This document shows positions 51,151 to 64,000 of a stretch of 64,000 nucleotides of DNA, piece by piece; within the stretch, counting starts at the first letter, position 1, and the number at the start of each line of letters is the position of its first letter. Source of the DNA: Eledone cirrhosa (Eukaryota). The translations under genes were made by a program, and so were the position numbers. The DNA is taken from the NCBI GenBank assembly GCA_964016885.1, contig OZ024756.1, positions 34,906,001 through 34,970,000 of the forward strand, given 5' to 3'. Below the pieces are notes generated by a model. The model ran no database searches and was not told where the DNA came from. It saw only the letters and a list, made by a program, of their open reading frames with translations.

Positions 51151-54100
51151 CTGTAACAACAACAACAACAACAACATTAGACGTGGTGGTGATGGTGGTG
51201 ATGATGATCATATAGATTTGGTGAAACAAAAAAACACCCATTTTAACCCTTTAGCATTTACATTGCTTTATATATACTATTATATTTTCAGGGTAAAGGC
51301 TTTACCTCACATAATATCAAATGATATTTATTTTGAGAGCAATACCGTAACATCAGTATTAGCAGCCAGTTACAGCTGGTTTGAGCAGAAAGAGGTGAGA
51401 GAATCTTGGTCGGATATGGCCAGTTTAAATGCTAAAGGGCTAAACAGCCATATCTTTCTGTTCAAACCGGCTGTAACTGGTCACTCATACTGATGTTAAG
51501 ATATTGTTCTCAAAATAAATAATATCAAATCTCATAGATTCAATATTATGTGAGATAAAACCTTTACTGTGAAAATATAATAGTATATATAGAGTAATGT
51601 AAATGTTAAGGAGTTAATGTACCAACTGCATTGTTATAACTATAACACATTTCAATGTTACTTACATTTTTGCTGGGACTTCCTCTGGTTTCGGTCTATG
51701 TTGTGGAATTGGTGGAGGGCATTCCATCTCCCCAGCCCTTAGTGGGGTCTTTTTAGAATTTCCTGCAATAGACAGGCACAGTGAATAACATTGTAGCTTA
51801 AACAATGACAGGGCCAGTGTCAATAGTGTGTGGTGGTGTGGCTGTGTGGTGAGGTGGTGGTATAGTGATGTGGTGTGGTTGGTGATGTGATAGTGTGGTG
51901 ATGTGGTTGTGTGATAGTGTGATGTGGTTGTGTGATAGTGTGGTAATGTGGTTGTGTGGTGTGGTTGTGTAAGAATGTATGGTGTGTCAGTACCGTTGTA
52001 TGGTAGTGAAGGTAGAGGCCCTGTAATGACAGGAGAGAATGTATGATGTGTTTGAACACCATGACATATGTTTGAAATGGTAAAGAGAATGTGTAATGAA
52101 GTTGTATTAAGGACCTTAGACAAGCTGAGTGTAAGTGAGAGGAGATGGCGTTACTATATAAGTCAGTTAGTGTATAAAGGACTGCACTGGTATCAACATG
52201 TAACACTATTTTAAGATTGGTAGGTGTGCAGCAGAGGTAGAGAGAATAACAAAAGATAAGACAGTAAAGATAAAACAACAGAGGATGTCAAGCCTCCAAT
52301 TTACTGCGACATGCAGAGAAGCTGCTGCTAGTATTGAGTGAATGTGCAGTTATATGCAGCATGCATGTAAGGAGACAGATCAAAGTATAGTTAGGTGAAC
52401 TGTTTTTCACAATGACAATAATAACTGTTTCTATTTTAGGCACAAGGCCAGCAATTTGAAGGGGAAAGGAAAGTCGATTAAATCGACCCCAGTATGTTAC
52501 TGGTGCTTTATTTTATCGGCCCTGATACTGCCAATCAAGTGTAAAACAAGAGATTAGGTAGATTGTCCTAAATATCTTTGAAAATTAGAAAATACACATC
52601 TTTTTATATGCATTCTATTAAAATTTTTTAATAAATACAAAATACACCTTTTAATTTGCATGCTATTAGTATTTTTTAATTAACACAAAATACAGTCCTT
52701 TCATATACGTGCTATTAAGTATTTTTTAATTAATACAAATTTATTTTTCTAGTTATAATTAGTATTTTTCATTGCAAAGGATTCTGCCATTATACATTAC
52801 ATCTCCCAGTCAACATTAAAAAGTGCAAGATTCCATGAAGGGGTTGATGGTCTATTGTAGTATACTGTTATCCCACTGTAACATGGGCTAACACATCTTT
52901 ATCATGCTGCAAGGATAATGTTACCACGGTAAGCCATCCCTATACTGGCTCACAATGCATTTGAGACAAACATACTTAGTAGTAGTAGTAGTAGTAGAAG
53001 CAGCAGCAGTAGTGGTAGTAGTAGCAGTTAAGACCGACACTATCTAGATCATATAGTCCAGACCTATACTAACTCTACATGCTGTGAAGATAGTAGTAGT
53101 GGTAGTAGAGTAGCAGTAGTGGTGGTGGTAGTAGAGTAGCAGTAGTGGTGGTGGTAGTAGTATCTAAGATTTATATCATGCTGTGAAAGAAATATACCAG
53201 CAGTTCCCAACCTATGCTCCAAAGAAATTAGTCCATGTGGAACTTGTTACACAGATCTCCCAAAAGTCTGTGATCCATGGGAAAAAAATCCTTTAAATAA
53301 ACAGGAGAGGGAGGGTATCCTTGGTGAAAATGGTTGGGAACCGCTGCAAAATATTATACAATACTACCATACCATGTGAGGGAAGCGGGGAAGACCAGGT
53401 CAGATCTATATGAGCTCTATCATGCTGATAAGCTAAGCCATGCCACATGTGATTATTGCTACACTAATTATACTTAACCCTAGCTTCTAGTGACCAATGT
53501 TACTACTACTACTACAACCACTACTACTACTAGGTAAGTCTCTAGTGACCAGTGGTATTACTACAGCCACTAATACTACTGGAACTACTACTACTACTAC
53601 ATAAGCTAAGCCTCCGGTGGTAAGTGGTGGTACTACCACCACCACTACTACTACTACTACCAGACATCACTACTGCTACTACTATGAGATAAGTCAAGCC
53701 TCAAATGACCATCATGACCACCACCACAACCGATACTACTACCACTACGGTAAGCCAACCTTCTCCTTAAGCAAACACTGCCAGTGTCCTCTTTTACAAA
53801 AGAGACAAAAAAAGGAACATGACAAGGACTGTGCTACAGTGATGTGACAGCGGCGGCAGCAGCAGTGGTTGGTGGTAGCGGTGGTGGTGGGGTTGGAATG
53901 GTGTGGTGGGAGTGGCTGAATGGATGGTGAAGCCTAGAGCCAATCGAAGCTGACGAAGAAGAAGTCTTACCTCCGGACATTGGGAAATTTATATAACTTG
54001 AACAGCCATCAGGGGCACCTCTTGCTATTGTGCAATGAGGTTTGTCATAGTTGTAGTCATGGTTGAGGTCAACAGAGAGTTCGTAACACAGCTGAGCATA

Positions 54101-57072
54101 GGAAATCCCTGAATTGCTGCCTAGTTACAGAAAGAAACGACACAGCTGAGTTAGTAATTTAGGACAGCATAGGAGTTAGAAAGGTGGTGGTGGGAGTGGC
54201 AGTCTACTCCAGAGTGGGAGGAGGTAGTAATGGTGGGAGTGGCAGTCTACTCCAAAATGGGAGGAAGAACAAGCTGGGATGGGGAGCAGGGAGGGCGGTT
54301 CACCCAGAGGTGGAAGTGAGAGGGAAAAGAGGGACAAGCAGATGTGGTCTGCCCATAAGTAGGGGTGATAGGGAGAGGAGCAACAAGAAGGTGGTCCACC
54401 TAGAAGTGGGTGTGCGAGGGAGAGGAGGTGCACCCAGAAATAGAAACAGGTCTACTCCTAATGGATAATTTTCCATTATAATTCCCAAGAGTTGGTCAAT
54501 TGGTGGACATTCCAAGGAATTGTTCTAGAGGCAGAGGGGAATATATGATGTTCATGCCTTTACCGAGAGTATTAGTGATGATGGAAATTAAGTTCATTGT
54601 CTGTGAACTAAACTGAGTTACACAGAGGCACAGCAAGTGGGGCACAAAATCACTTCTGGCTTATTGTGCAGGTTAATAAAGTTGGTAATGGAAGGGGCAC
54701 ACATACCAAAGGGCCCTGTATACCCTTGTTATACCCCTGGTCGCTGATTCAGCTCACAGCAAAGTTACCCCTACTCCATGGCTCTTGTTGCTAATGATGA
54801 TGACTGTGATGATAATGATGGTGATGGCAATGATGATAATGAGGATGACAATGATGGATAAACCACCAAGTAAGCTCAATATATAATCAGGTTTCCGTCC
54901 CCAGATGTAGCCTTTTCACTTTACTCCTGCTCCTAATATCTTCAAGAAAGGCATGAATGCCCTCACCTCTCATTGTTCAAACCCTATAAATCTTTGGTAT
55001 AAATAGGAACTTCATTACTTTCTCCTTAATGTTACCTGATGGCAGTAAAGATTGTTGTGGCACATTTTAGTTTAATGTGTGAGGCACAGATCCACACACA
55101 AAATAAATGGAAGTAATCTTTATCAAAATATTTTTTTAAATGCAAAAAATAAAAAATAATAATGTTCAACTTTTTATGTCCTGTACCACATAAAATAGCA
55201 TCAAAAATTGACATCATTAATACTACAAATTTTCATAAAGATCTGTCCACTAGTAGAGATACTATAAACATTTAAATTAACAAACCCATTTTTAGATATT
55301 ATCTACTAAAATAATTACAGGTCATTAAGAGTTAATTAATAAACTTACATATGTAACATTTAGAAAAAATGACTGCATCATATTAAAAATTCAAGACTTT
55401 ACTCTAATACTGCAAATATCCACAACAATCTGTCCACCAGTAAAGATACTATAAACATTTGAATAAACCAATTTTTAGATATTTTCTGCTCAATTATTGC
55501 AGGTTTGTTAAGAGTTAATTCACATTAGAGATAGTAAAATATCAAAAAATGCACTGGCACTCAAAGAGTTAATTTTCATTTTGGTGTTGGTTACATGAGA
55601 ACAGGTGCTGGATAGAGGTGGACATAGCAAGGGTTTCCTGCTCTCCAACTCTGGGTAGGAGGTCACTGCAGTTGGGGAACCGAGAAATTTCAAAGCACAC
55701 CAGGTGAGAGAAAATGTTTAATAAGTTTTTTTTAGATTATCAACCCTTTTGTTACTATATATATTTCTCATAAAAGACATTGACTATGGTTTTGAAATAA
55801 TTTTGAAAATAATCGAGAATCTACAAAGGTTCTTACATAGCATTATAATGGAAAGTTTTTAGATGAATATAAACACTTTAAAATATAGTTTTGTAATATA
55901 AAACCAGGGACAGTTCCAGGGGGTTTGATATCAAAAGGGTTAATATTGTTATCAACAGAGAGAGAGACAAGTGTGAAAGTTATATTTTGTATCATTAGGA
56001 AAACAGAAAAAAAAAAAAATCATGCGAAACGAGAGCGACAGATAACCTGAAATAGATAGATAGTAGGGGCGGGGGTCAGATGAAGCTTTAGTAAAACTAT
56101 GTGTGGTGTGTTCTGAGATGGTATGAATACAAGGATAGAAAGCTGGAGAAAATGAATAAATCTTCCTGAAATATAGGGCAGGTAAAGCATAGTTCAGCCA
56201 ATCCATACCCTATTAAGAGAGGTAAAGTAAAATCATTCCTGCCCAGAATTAAGACAGCTAAAACAAGGTTAAGCCAACCCTTACACTCTATTTTGATCTA
56301 AACATACTCAGTCTTGCTGAAACATAAGTGTTTTTTTGGTGCTTTACCTGGCAGTTTACATTTTACTGACTGATAACCCTGGCCACAGGTATACAACAAC
56401 ACAGGTGATAACATCAACACACAACAACAGAAAAGATACGTGTATATGTATGTGACTATTCAGTTATGTATGTACCAATAACGATTATATAGCAACCATG
56501 GGAGATAACTCAAATATGACTGGAGTTATCTCTTCTTTTTGTCATGACACGAAATATAAAAACACACAAAATATATGTATACACATATTTATTAGAATGC
56601 TGTTGAAGTGTGTATACATTTTTGGGATACCCTGTGTATGTATGTATGTGTGTGTGTATAAATATAAATATATATATACACACACACAGATAAATCTACC
56701 AATCAATGGTATGGTCTAACCGTATGTAGAAGATGTTGTGAAGCAAAGTTTAAAATACAAAATTTTCAACGATACAGAGTCAAAAATAGAAATATTAAAA
56801 CAATGAAATTAAACAAAAAACGGTTAATTCATAGTAAAAACATTGTAGAAATGTACCATAACTTTAATTTTCAGCTAATTATGATTATATATATATTTTT
56901 GCGAGCAATGAACCTTGATGTGGATTTAACCCCCAAAACTCTTTCCGAGCAATATAAGGAACACTTTTCATTATTTATGCCCTTGAGAAGCCCAACTGGG
57001 CGAAACGTACGTAGGTGCTGTTTTAAATAAACATGTTTTAACGGTCTATTCTCCGATTTTTTACTTTCCCAC

Positions 57073-57113
<41 letters not shown>

Positions 57114-60100
57114 CATAATTAGCTGAAAATTAAAGTTATGGTATATTTCTAGAATGTTTATATTGAATTACATTTAATTGATGTTCGTTCAATAAAACTT
57201 CTCTAAGTTTGGAAAATGTAGTGGAACTAATTAATATGTGTGTGTGTGTGTGTGTATTTGGGAAGTTTGCAAAAAATATTTGACTCAATATGAACATGAA
57301 CAGCACGAAACCTTTGGGTATGAAGAAATAATCTGGTTTACTAAAAGAAAATTAAACCAAACTCTTCACATCTTTAACAGCTTTTTTTACACCAAGTGTG
57401 TTACACGGAACATCACACACTAACTGGGTGTAAAAAAAGTTGAATGTGATTACATATGTGTGTGTGTGGTATGTGGATACCCATGTATGTATGTGTTTGT
57501 GAGGTTAAAGAAGGTGAAAAAAACAAAAAAAATCGAAAAGTGCGGTGAGAGTGTGACAGGCTTACCCGTAGTGTCGACTGTAGTGGCCAGCCGTTGTATG
57601 TTGTTGTGTAGAGAGTGTGGAGCTTTGTAGACTACAAGTGTGACATCATCCTCATCATCACGGGAGGGAGTTGGAGGAAGCTGGCGACGACTGAAATACA
57701 ACAGAACAGATTGACCACCATGTTGAATGTTGGACAGATGGAAGAGATATCGACTTGGCACACACATATGTAAGAAAGCCCATCATATATGTGCATGTGA
57801 AAACCCCCGTCCAAACCCATGCAAGCGTGGAACACGGACGTTAAACGTTGATGACATGACATGATGACATACATCACACATATGTGTGTGTGTATAATCA
57901 TCATCACCATTTTATGTCTGCTGTTCCATGCTTACAGGGGTTAGACGAGTCTTTCTCAGCACAATATCTCTCCACTCATTGCGTTCCTTCATCATCTCTT
58001 CTGTGAGCTTCAACAATTTGAAATCAGCTTTCATAACCTCCACCTAGGTCTTCTACAGCGGCTTCCTTGGTATTTCTTCACCCAACGATCATCCATGCAA
58101 ATCATATGTCTATACCATCAGTCTTCTCTCACACACTACATCTGATTCCTCTTATATCCAGTTTCTCTCTCAGTTCATCCATGCCTTGACATTCACACAC
58201 ATTAACACTGCACATCCATCAAAGCAGGCTTGCTTCATTTTCTCCAGCCTTCACATGTACGTTGCATTCAATATAACTAACTTTCTCATTATTAAGTTGG
58301 TATTTGGAACATAGCAGTGATTCTTACATAAAATTATGATGGAAGGTTTTTAGATAAATATAAATACTTAAAAATAAACAGCTTTTTATCATAAAACCAG
58401 TTTCAGGTGGATTGGCATCAAAGGGGTTGTTTTAGTGAAGGAGTGTTGCGGACAAACGATGGTTTAAACTTTTCATTGCTGAAAGTAAAGACAGGGCAAA
58501 GTGTGAGGGAAATGTTACCTGGGAGGTTTTGGTGAAGAATTTGGTGAATGTAAAGGAGATGATAGAGGTGATGGTCGGCGTGGCGGTACTGGAGGTGGTG
58601 CTACTTCTTTCTGGGAGGCATTAGGAGAGCCAAATGGGGATTTATCTCGATACTGGAACACAGAGAAACATAGAACAGGATTAGAACTGGAAACACATTA
58701 CCAGAAGTAAAGCAGTATTTAAACATGTTTTATATTGGAAATACTGATAAACTTGAGGGACACATCCTAGTTTTACCTTCTCTTTCACTCTCTCTCAATT
58801 TTTTCTTCCTTTTACTTTCTCAGTTATGTGAGAGTGTGTTTGTGTATAGTAATGTAAACATTTATTCTACACACACATAGGAAGATACAAATACATGTAC
58901 ATACATACATACAAAGGTGCGTGTGTGCACACACAGACACAGCTATGCACACATAAACATCCAGACATAGACAATAAGATTGTGAAACATTTACCTGGTC
59001 CTTTGGATGAACAACTAGAGCCTGTAAGTTAGATGTGCTCTGACAGGGGTCCTATAAATAGAGAAGATAAACAGTGTTTAATTTTGTTTTATTAAAATAG
59101 GGCGCAGCTACCTCTTGATATATCAAAGTGTATTCAAACAGGGCAGGGCTATCTTGATACTTATGACAGTGTTAATATTTTAAAACTGAGCCCACATTTT
59201 TAGGTCAGGGGACATTGAATAAATATAAGATTACACAAATACACATATCAGCTGTGTAGTGTTGTATTCCCTGTTGCTAGCCTTGTTAACAGTAAAGTGT
59301 GTAGAGTGTCACTTATTGTCAGCCAAGCTGACTGAGGTTGAAGACCAACAGACAAGAACTTAGAACACAATGTCAGTCAGAAATCTTTGAACCCATGACT
59401 TTGGCAAATAGTAATACAGCACTCTGACCTCAAACAATGGATTGTACATCACAACCAATGTCGCTACAATTAATATTATCACTATCACTGCCATCACCAC
59501 AAACACTACCATCATTACCATCACCACAAATAACCACCACCATCATCACAACCATAACTATTATCTTACCATTAACACAAACACCACCATCCCATCCATC
59601 AAAACCACCACCACCGCCACCACCACAACCATCACCACCACCACCACCATCATCACCACAACCATCATCACCACCACAGCCATCACCCCACCACCACACC
59701 AACCATCACCACCATCACCATCACAACAAACAGCACCACCATCATCATGTGACATTACTCCATAAGTCAAGATGTGTTCAATAACAAAATATCCATAATT
59801 AACACAAAATTAATTAGAAGACTTCCTTAATTGACGAGTCACCAAGTTAAGTGTTTATGTTGTATTCATCATCATCATTGATTAACATCTATCTTCCACG
59901 CTAGCATATATATGTGTATGTGTGAGTGTGTGAGTACGTAGTGTATGTATATATGTATGTGTATGTGCAGATATGTGAAATATATATGTGGTATTACATA
60001 CATGTGTACATAGGTATGTGTACATAGGTATGTATGTATATATGTGTACATAGTACATAAGAATATGGGATGAGTTGTGTGTGTAAATATATGTGTTTGT

Positions 60101-60181
60101 GTTTTTATATATATATGTGGTATTACATACATGTATGTGTACATATATTTGTGTATGTAGTATATATGAATATGGAATCAG

Positions 60182-60234
<53 letters not shown>

Positions 60235-61861
60235 ATGTATAGATATGTGAAATGTATGTATGTATATGTAGTATATATATGCATTATGGGATGAATATGT
60301 ATATGTGTGTACATAGTATATATATATGGGATGGGTTGTGTATGTATATATATGTATATGTGGTATTATATACATGTATGTGTACATATGTATGTATATG
60401 TGTAAATGTAGTAAATATGCATATGGGATGAGTTGTGTGTATATATGTGTGTGTGTGTGTGTGTTTGTACATATGTGTGTATGTGTACATGGTAAAAAAG
60501 GAATTCAGGTCAAATAAACAAATATAATGTTTGGCTTGTTTTAATTAAGACCCCCACCCCATATAATGTGGATGTGAAGGCTATCATTCATCAGTTGCTG
60601 GGCAACAGGGTTGAGAACAACAGGGTGTCGGTCGATATCCCATCACTGGCAAAGATGGACACTTCACATTCACTGGATCAAGGCACATAGCTATAGGTGA
60701 TGGTGGTGGTAGTGGCAGTGGTGGTGGTGGTGATGTCGTTGGTGGTGGTGGTGATGGTTAGGATGATGGTGATGTCGTTGGTGGTAATGATAGTGGCAGT
60801 GGTGGTGGTGATGGTTAGGATGATGGTGATAGTGGTGGTGGTGGTAATGGAGGTGGTGGCGGTAATAGTGGCGGTAGTGGCAGTGGTGATGGTTAGGATG
60901 ATGGTGATAGAGATGATGGTGATAGAGGTGGTGGCGGTAGTGGCAGTGGTGATGGTTAGGATGATGGTGATAGTGGTGGTGGTGGTGGTAATGGAGGTGG
61001 TGGCGGTTATGGCAGTGGTGATGGTTAGGATGATGGTGATAGTGGTGGTGGTGATGTTGCTGATGGTAATAGTGGTGGTGGTGATAGTGATGGTCATGAT
61101 GGTGATAGTGGTGGTGAAGATGGTCATGTGAATGTGTGGGTTGGGGGGATTAAAGCTAGCCAGACTGTTGAAACAGAAGAGAAAAAGAAGAAAAACTATC
61201 TACACTTACCTCATCATCTTCATCATCCTGGATGAGATTTTCTCTGCATTCATTCAACTTACACAAAGACTTTGGATCAAAAGGATCGACCACAACCTGT
61301 TCTGTCCCTTTGATTTCACAGCGACAGAACGGACAGCCTTGACCACCTTCAACGTCCTGAAAATGACATGCACATAGAGAAAAACGTAAAGACAAAACTT
61401 TAAAGGGTCGTTGGACACGCATTTATTACAGGTGCGATTAATTAGTGTGAGTGTAGCTGAGGTGTTAGCATTGGCTGACAAAATCCTTATTAATATTAAT
61501 GTTATTATCATTATTATTATTATTATTATTGTTGTTATTAGCATTATTATTATTATTAGCATCGTTATTTATTATTATTACTTAAAGCTGGTGGAATGAC
61601 AAAATCGGTAGAGTGTCGATTAAATGCTATGGCTCTTTATGTTCTGAGTTCAAATCCTACCAGATTCAACTCCACCTTTCATCCTTCTGGGATTGATAAA
61701 AATAAAGTACCAGTCATGTACTGGAGTCTGTTAAATCGACTTTCACCTTTCACCTGATGATGATGATGAAGCAGAATATAAATTGCTTCTGTGTTTTGTT
61801 TTCTTACAAGAAACACTTTAGCTGGGAAAGAAAAGGGGAGGGAGGGAGAGAGAGAGAGAGA

Positions 61862-61910
<49 letters not shown>

Positions 61911-62946
61911 GACACAAAATACTGCTTTCAAGTGTGACTAGAGTGGGAGAGAAGATATGAGTGAGAGGTTGAGTGATGAGGTATAAAAATCTTTGAAAGG
62001 AGACAGCTGACAGGCAGCAACAACTTCACTGCATCTCTTCAGTTGCTATGGACAATGGCAACAACAACAACAGCAGCAACAGTAGAATCAAACACAACAA
62101 CCTCCTTAGAATCCATATGATTTCATTCTGGACAACAAGAGAAAGAAAGGAGGCTATAGTTCCATTCCTCCTCTTATGTTGCTAATCAAGAGGCTGTCCT
62201 CTCTTGTAAGAAAACTTTCTACTCCAGTAGTTTCTTTCTTTAAACATCTGTCTTATGGAACTCTCTTCCTAACGGTTTCCCTCACATGCACTAATATACA
62301 TACACACAGGGTGTCCCAAAAATGCATACATACTTTGATTACCTGTACAGGCAATATTTATTAGAATGCTGCTGAAGTGTGTATACATTTTTGGGGGACA
62401 CTCTGTATACACACACACTGGAGTAGCTACAACATCATCCAGCTTCTTCTGATGGCTGTATGGATAATGAAAAGAAAGACTGTGCTACAAAATAGGCCAT
62501 GACACTTGGACCTTCTTGAGTAGAATCAATGCTACATGGAGGGTGGGATACTGTTCAAGTGTGTGAGTGTGTCAAAATCATTTAGATTTCTAGCTAACAG
62601 CTGATGAAGGGATGTCTCACAGTGCAAGCTGTATGTAAAATATGTATGCATGTGTGTTGATTAAATTTACCCCAGTACTTATTTTATCAACCCCGGAAGG
62701 CAGAAAGGCATACTTGATATCAAAAACATTTGAAATCAGAATGTAAAGAGTACAAACAAATATTGCAAGACATTTTGTCTGACACCCTAACAATACTGTC
62801 AATCCATCAATCCCAGTTCATGACTGGTATTTTATATCAACCATAGAAGACTGAAACACAATGTCAAAGTCAAGATATTGACAGGAATTGAACTCAGAAT
62901 CTAATAAACCCATAAATGTAACCAGTGTTAAATGAATTGGAGAAGG

Positions 62947-62984
<38 letters not shown>

Positions 62985-63642
62985 AACCATATTGATATTA
63001 ACCCACCCTAGACTAGCCTCTGGTTCTGAGGTGACTAAGATCTATTATAATTTCAAGTAAGAAACCTTTATTAAGTTATGCTCCAAACACCAGCTAAAAT
63101 AAATTTTTATATTTTATGAAATTCTTCATTAACTGTTGATTATCTTCAAATTTAATAGAAACACAACAGGTGGTTACTTTTGGTAGAAATATGGTCTTGA
63201 AAACATTAAGTTATTAATTCCACTGCAATGTAAATAGTGTTAAGTGAACTTGTGAGGTTTTAGAGTAATATTTTAGGTTATGTTGCAATGTAACTAGTGT
63301 TAGGTGAACTTGTGAGGTTTTAGAGTAATATTTTAGGTTATGTTGCAATGTAACTAGTGTTAGGTGAATTTGTGAGGTTTTAGAGTAAGTAATAAAACAA
63401 TTATAATACATGCCTGCCCTACCTGCCACTGGTTAAGACAAGGGGTACAAAGTAGGTGACCACAAGGTTCAATGCGGATGTCCTTATCATTTTCAGCACA
63501 TATTTTGCACAGCTGGAAAGTAGAGCCCATCTCACAGTAGAGTTCGTATTGCTCCTGAGTAACTTTTATATGGTCCTCCTGACAGTCCTGTACGAGGAAA
63601 CTTAAGTCTGGATTGATACTCCGACCATCGGGATAGAGGAAG
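50907..63642 (-). CDS. CBL: E3 ubiquitin ligase Cbl (CBL/CBL-B-like), 3' part; TKB-encoding exons lie beyond the window end
   Basis: Exons 63642-63423, 61356-61210, 59051-58995, 58652-58519, 57690-57566, 54120-53971, 51762-51666, 51150-50907 join in phase; linker [38 protein letters not shown]...[18 protein letters not shown]-terminal UBA. Confidence 0.93.
51247..51615. mobile_element. Two abutting piggyBac-like MITEs in inverted orientation
   Basis: 51247-51439 forward copy, 51440-51615 reverse copy. Confidence 0.8.
51666..51762 (-). CDS. CBL: Cbl penultimate exon
   Basis: [32 protein letters not shown]; phase 1-2. Confidence 0.82.
53198..53346. mobile_element. hAT-like MITE
   Basis: TIR CAGCAGTTCCCAACC / GGTTGGGAACCGCTG; 8-bp TSD not preserved. 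Confidence 0.55.
53971..54120 (-). CDS. CBL: Cbl tyrosine-motif exon
   Basis: 150 nt, phase 1-1; [50 protein letters not shown]. Confidence 0.78.
55743..55943. mobile_element. Second, older TTAA/CCC-terminated MITE family
   Basis: ACCCTTTTG...CAAAAGGGTTAA; related decayed copies near 7100-7330, 21620-21975, 32360-32600, 58270-58430, 63000-63215. Confidence 0.5.
56826..57169. mobile_element. Fold-back element, ~70-bp arms, enclosing a hammerhead motif
   Basis: CCATAACTTTAATTTTCAGCTAATTATGATTATATA / TATATAATCATAATTAGCTGAAAATTAAAGTTATGG. Confidence 0.6.
56971..57030 (+). ncRNA. Type I minimal hammerhead ribozyme motif (U3-A8 core variant)
   Basis: TTGAGAA (56983-89), stem II GCCC-AACT-GGGC, GAAA, stem III C-GTAC-G, GTA triplet ending at 57013, stem I GCCC/GG(T)GC plus TTATTTA/TAAATAA. 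Confidence 0.65.
57566..57690 (-). CDS. CBL: Cbl exon
   Basis: [42 protein letters not shown]; phase 2-1. Confidence 0.85.
57900..58270 (-). mobile_element. RTE LINE 3' remnant
   Basis: Decayed RTE C-terminal region and ATG-repeat tail; a related fragment VEGSRGRGRPRKTWAETVKVDIK is at 10930-11070 (+). Confidence 0.5.
58519..58652 (-). CDS. CBL: Cbl proline-rich exon
   Basis: [44 protein letters not shown]. Confidence 0.88.
58995..59051 (-). CDS. CBL: Cbl small internal exon
   Basis: 57 nt, phase 0-0, good acceptor and CAG|GTAAAT donor; [19 protein letters not shown]. Confidence 0.7.
60696..61128. repeat. (GGT/GAT)n trinucleotide-derived repeat
   Basis: Higher-order unit GGTGATGGTTAGGATGATGGTGAT; produces spurious poly-T/V ORFs. 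Confidence 0.9.
61210..61356 (-). CDS. CBL: Cbl exon: end of RING and acidic tail
   Basis: [49 protein letters not shown]. Confidence 0.95.
61588..61745 (+). mobile_element. SINE, dominant family, plus orientation
   Basis: GAGTTCAAATCC B box and central domain. Confidence 0.7.
62306..62406. mobile_element. Tc1/mariner-type MITE
   Basis: CAGGGTGTCCCAAAAAT...ATTTTTGGGGGACACTCTG|TA. Confidence 0.7.
63224..63387. repeat. 60-bp tandem repeat, about 2.7 copies
   Basis: TGCAATGTAACTAGTGTTAGGTGAACTTGTGAGGTTTTAGAGTAATATTTTAGGTTATGT. Confidence 0.9.
63423..63642 (-). CDS. CBL: Cbl exon: linker helix and first part of RING
   Basis: [73 protein letters not shown]. Confidence 0.96.
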
Positions 63643-64000
63643 CTACAATGTTAAACAGAAGTACTGTGGTTGTTAAGTGGTACCCTAATTAATTACAGAT
63701 ATATTAATTACACATATACATGGAGGATGTAAAGTTGAGCTCAGCAGCAGGTGCGCAATTGAGGTTTTCTATACGGGCCTCAGACCATTTAAAATGTTTA
63801 TATCTAAAATATATAATATAAATGTTGACCATTTAGGTGTTCTCTGTGGATTTCAGGCCTTTTCACATGTTTATTTGTAAGATATAATATACATGTGGGC
63901 CATTGAGGAGCTCTCTGTGGGCCTCAATATTTTTAAAAGTTTAAATGTAAGATATGATACAATATATAAGAGGTTATCTTGTCCTTGACACATACACACA

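Noticed and set aside
59430-61131. Poly-Thr/Val/Pro/His ORFs resembling mucins or extensins
   Set aside because: Trinucleotide (ACC/ATC)n repeats inside Cbl introns, open in several frames on both strands.

Overview
AT-rich, microsatellite-dense eukaryotic DNA; the SINE families and repeat landscape suggest an octopus/coleoid cephalopod (inference). Three spliced genes can be rebuilt from GT-AG boundaries and phase: (1) V-ATPase catalytic subunit A (ATP6V1A), minus strand, 14 coding exons, 615 aa, containing one U12-type (minor spliceosome) intron, with a probable non-coding first exon and CLEAR/M-box promoter near 30.2-30.6 kb; (2) AAR2 U5 snRNP assembly factor, plus strand, 4 coding exons, 376 aa; (3) the 3' part of a Cbl E3 ubiquitin ligase, minus strand (linker-RING, Pro-rich region, Tyr motifs, UBA). 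Nearly all other ORFs in the track are microsatellite artefacts. Non-coding DNA holds tRNA-derived SINEs, TTAA-flanked piggyBac-like MITEs, Tc1/mariner and hAT MITEs, RTE/CR1/CRE LINE remnants and minisatellites. The most interesting signal is a dispersed set of fold-back (inverted-repeat) elements in or near (TA)n tracts that carry type I hammerhead-ribozyme motifs, mostly with minimal palindromic stem III as in Penelope-like retroelements; one has a compensatory U3-A8 core. All structures were read by eye and need computational and experimental confirmation.
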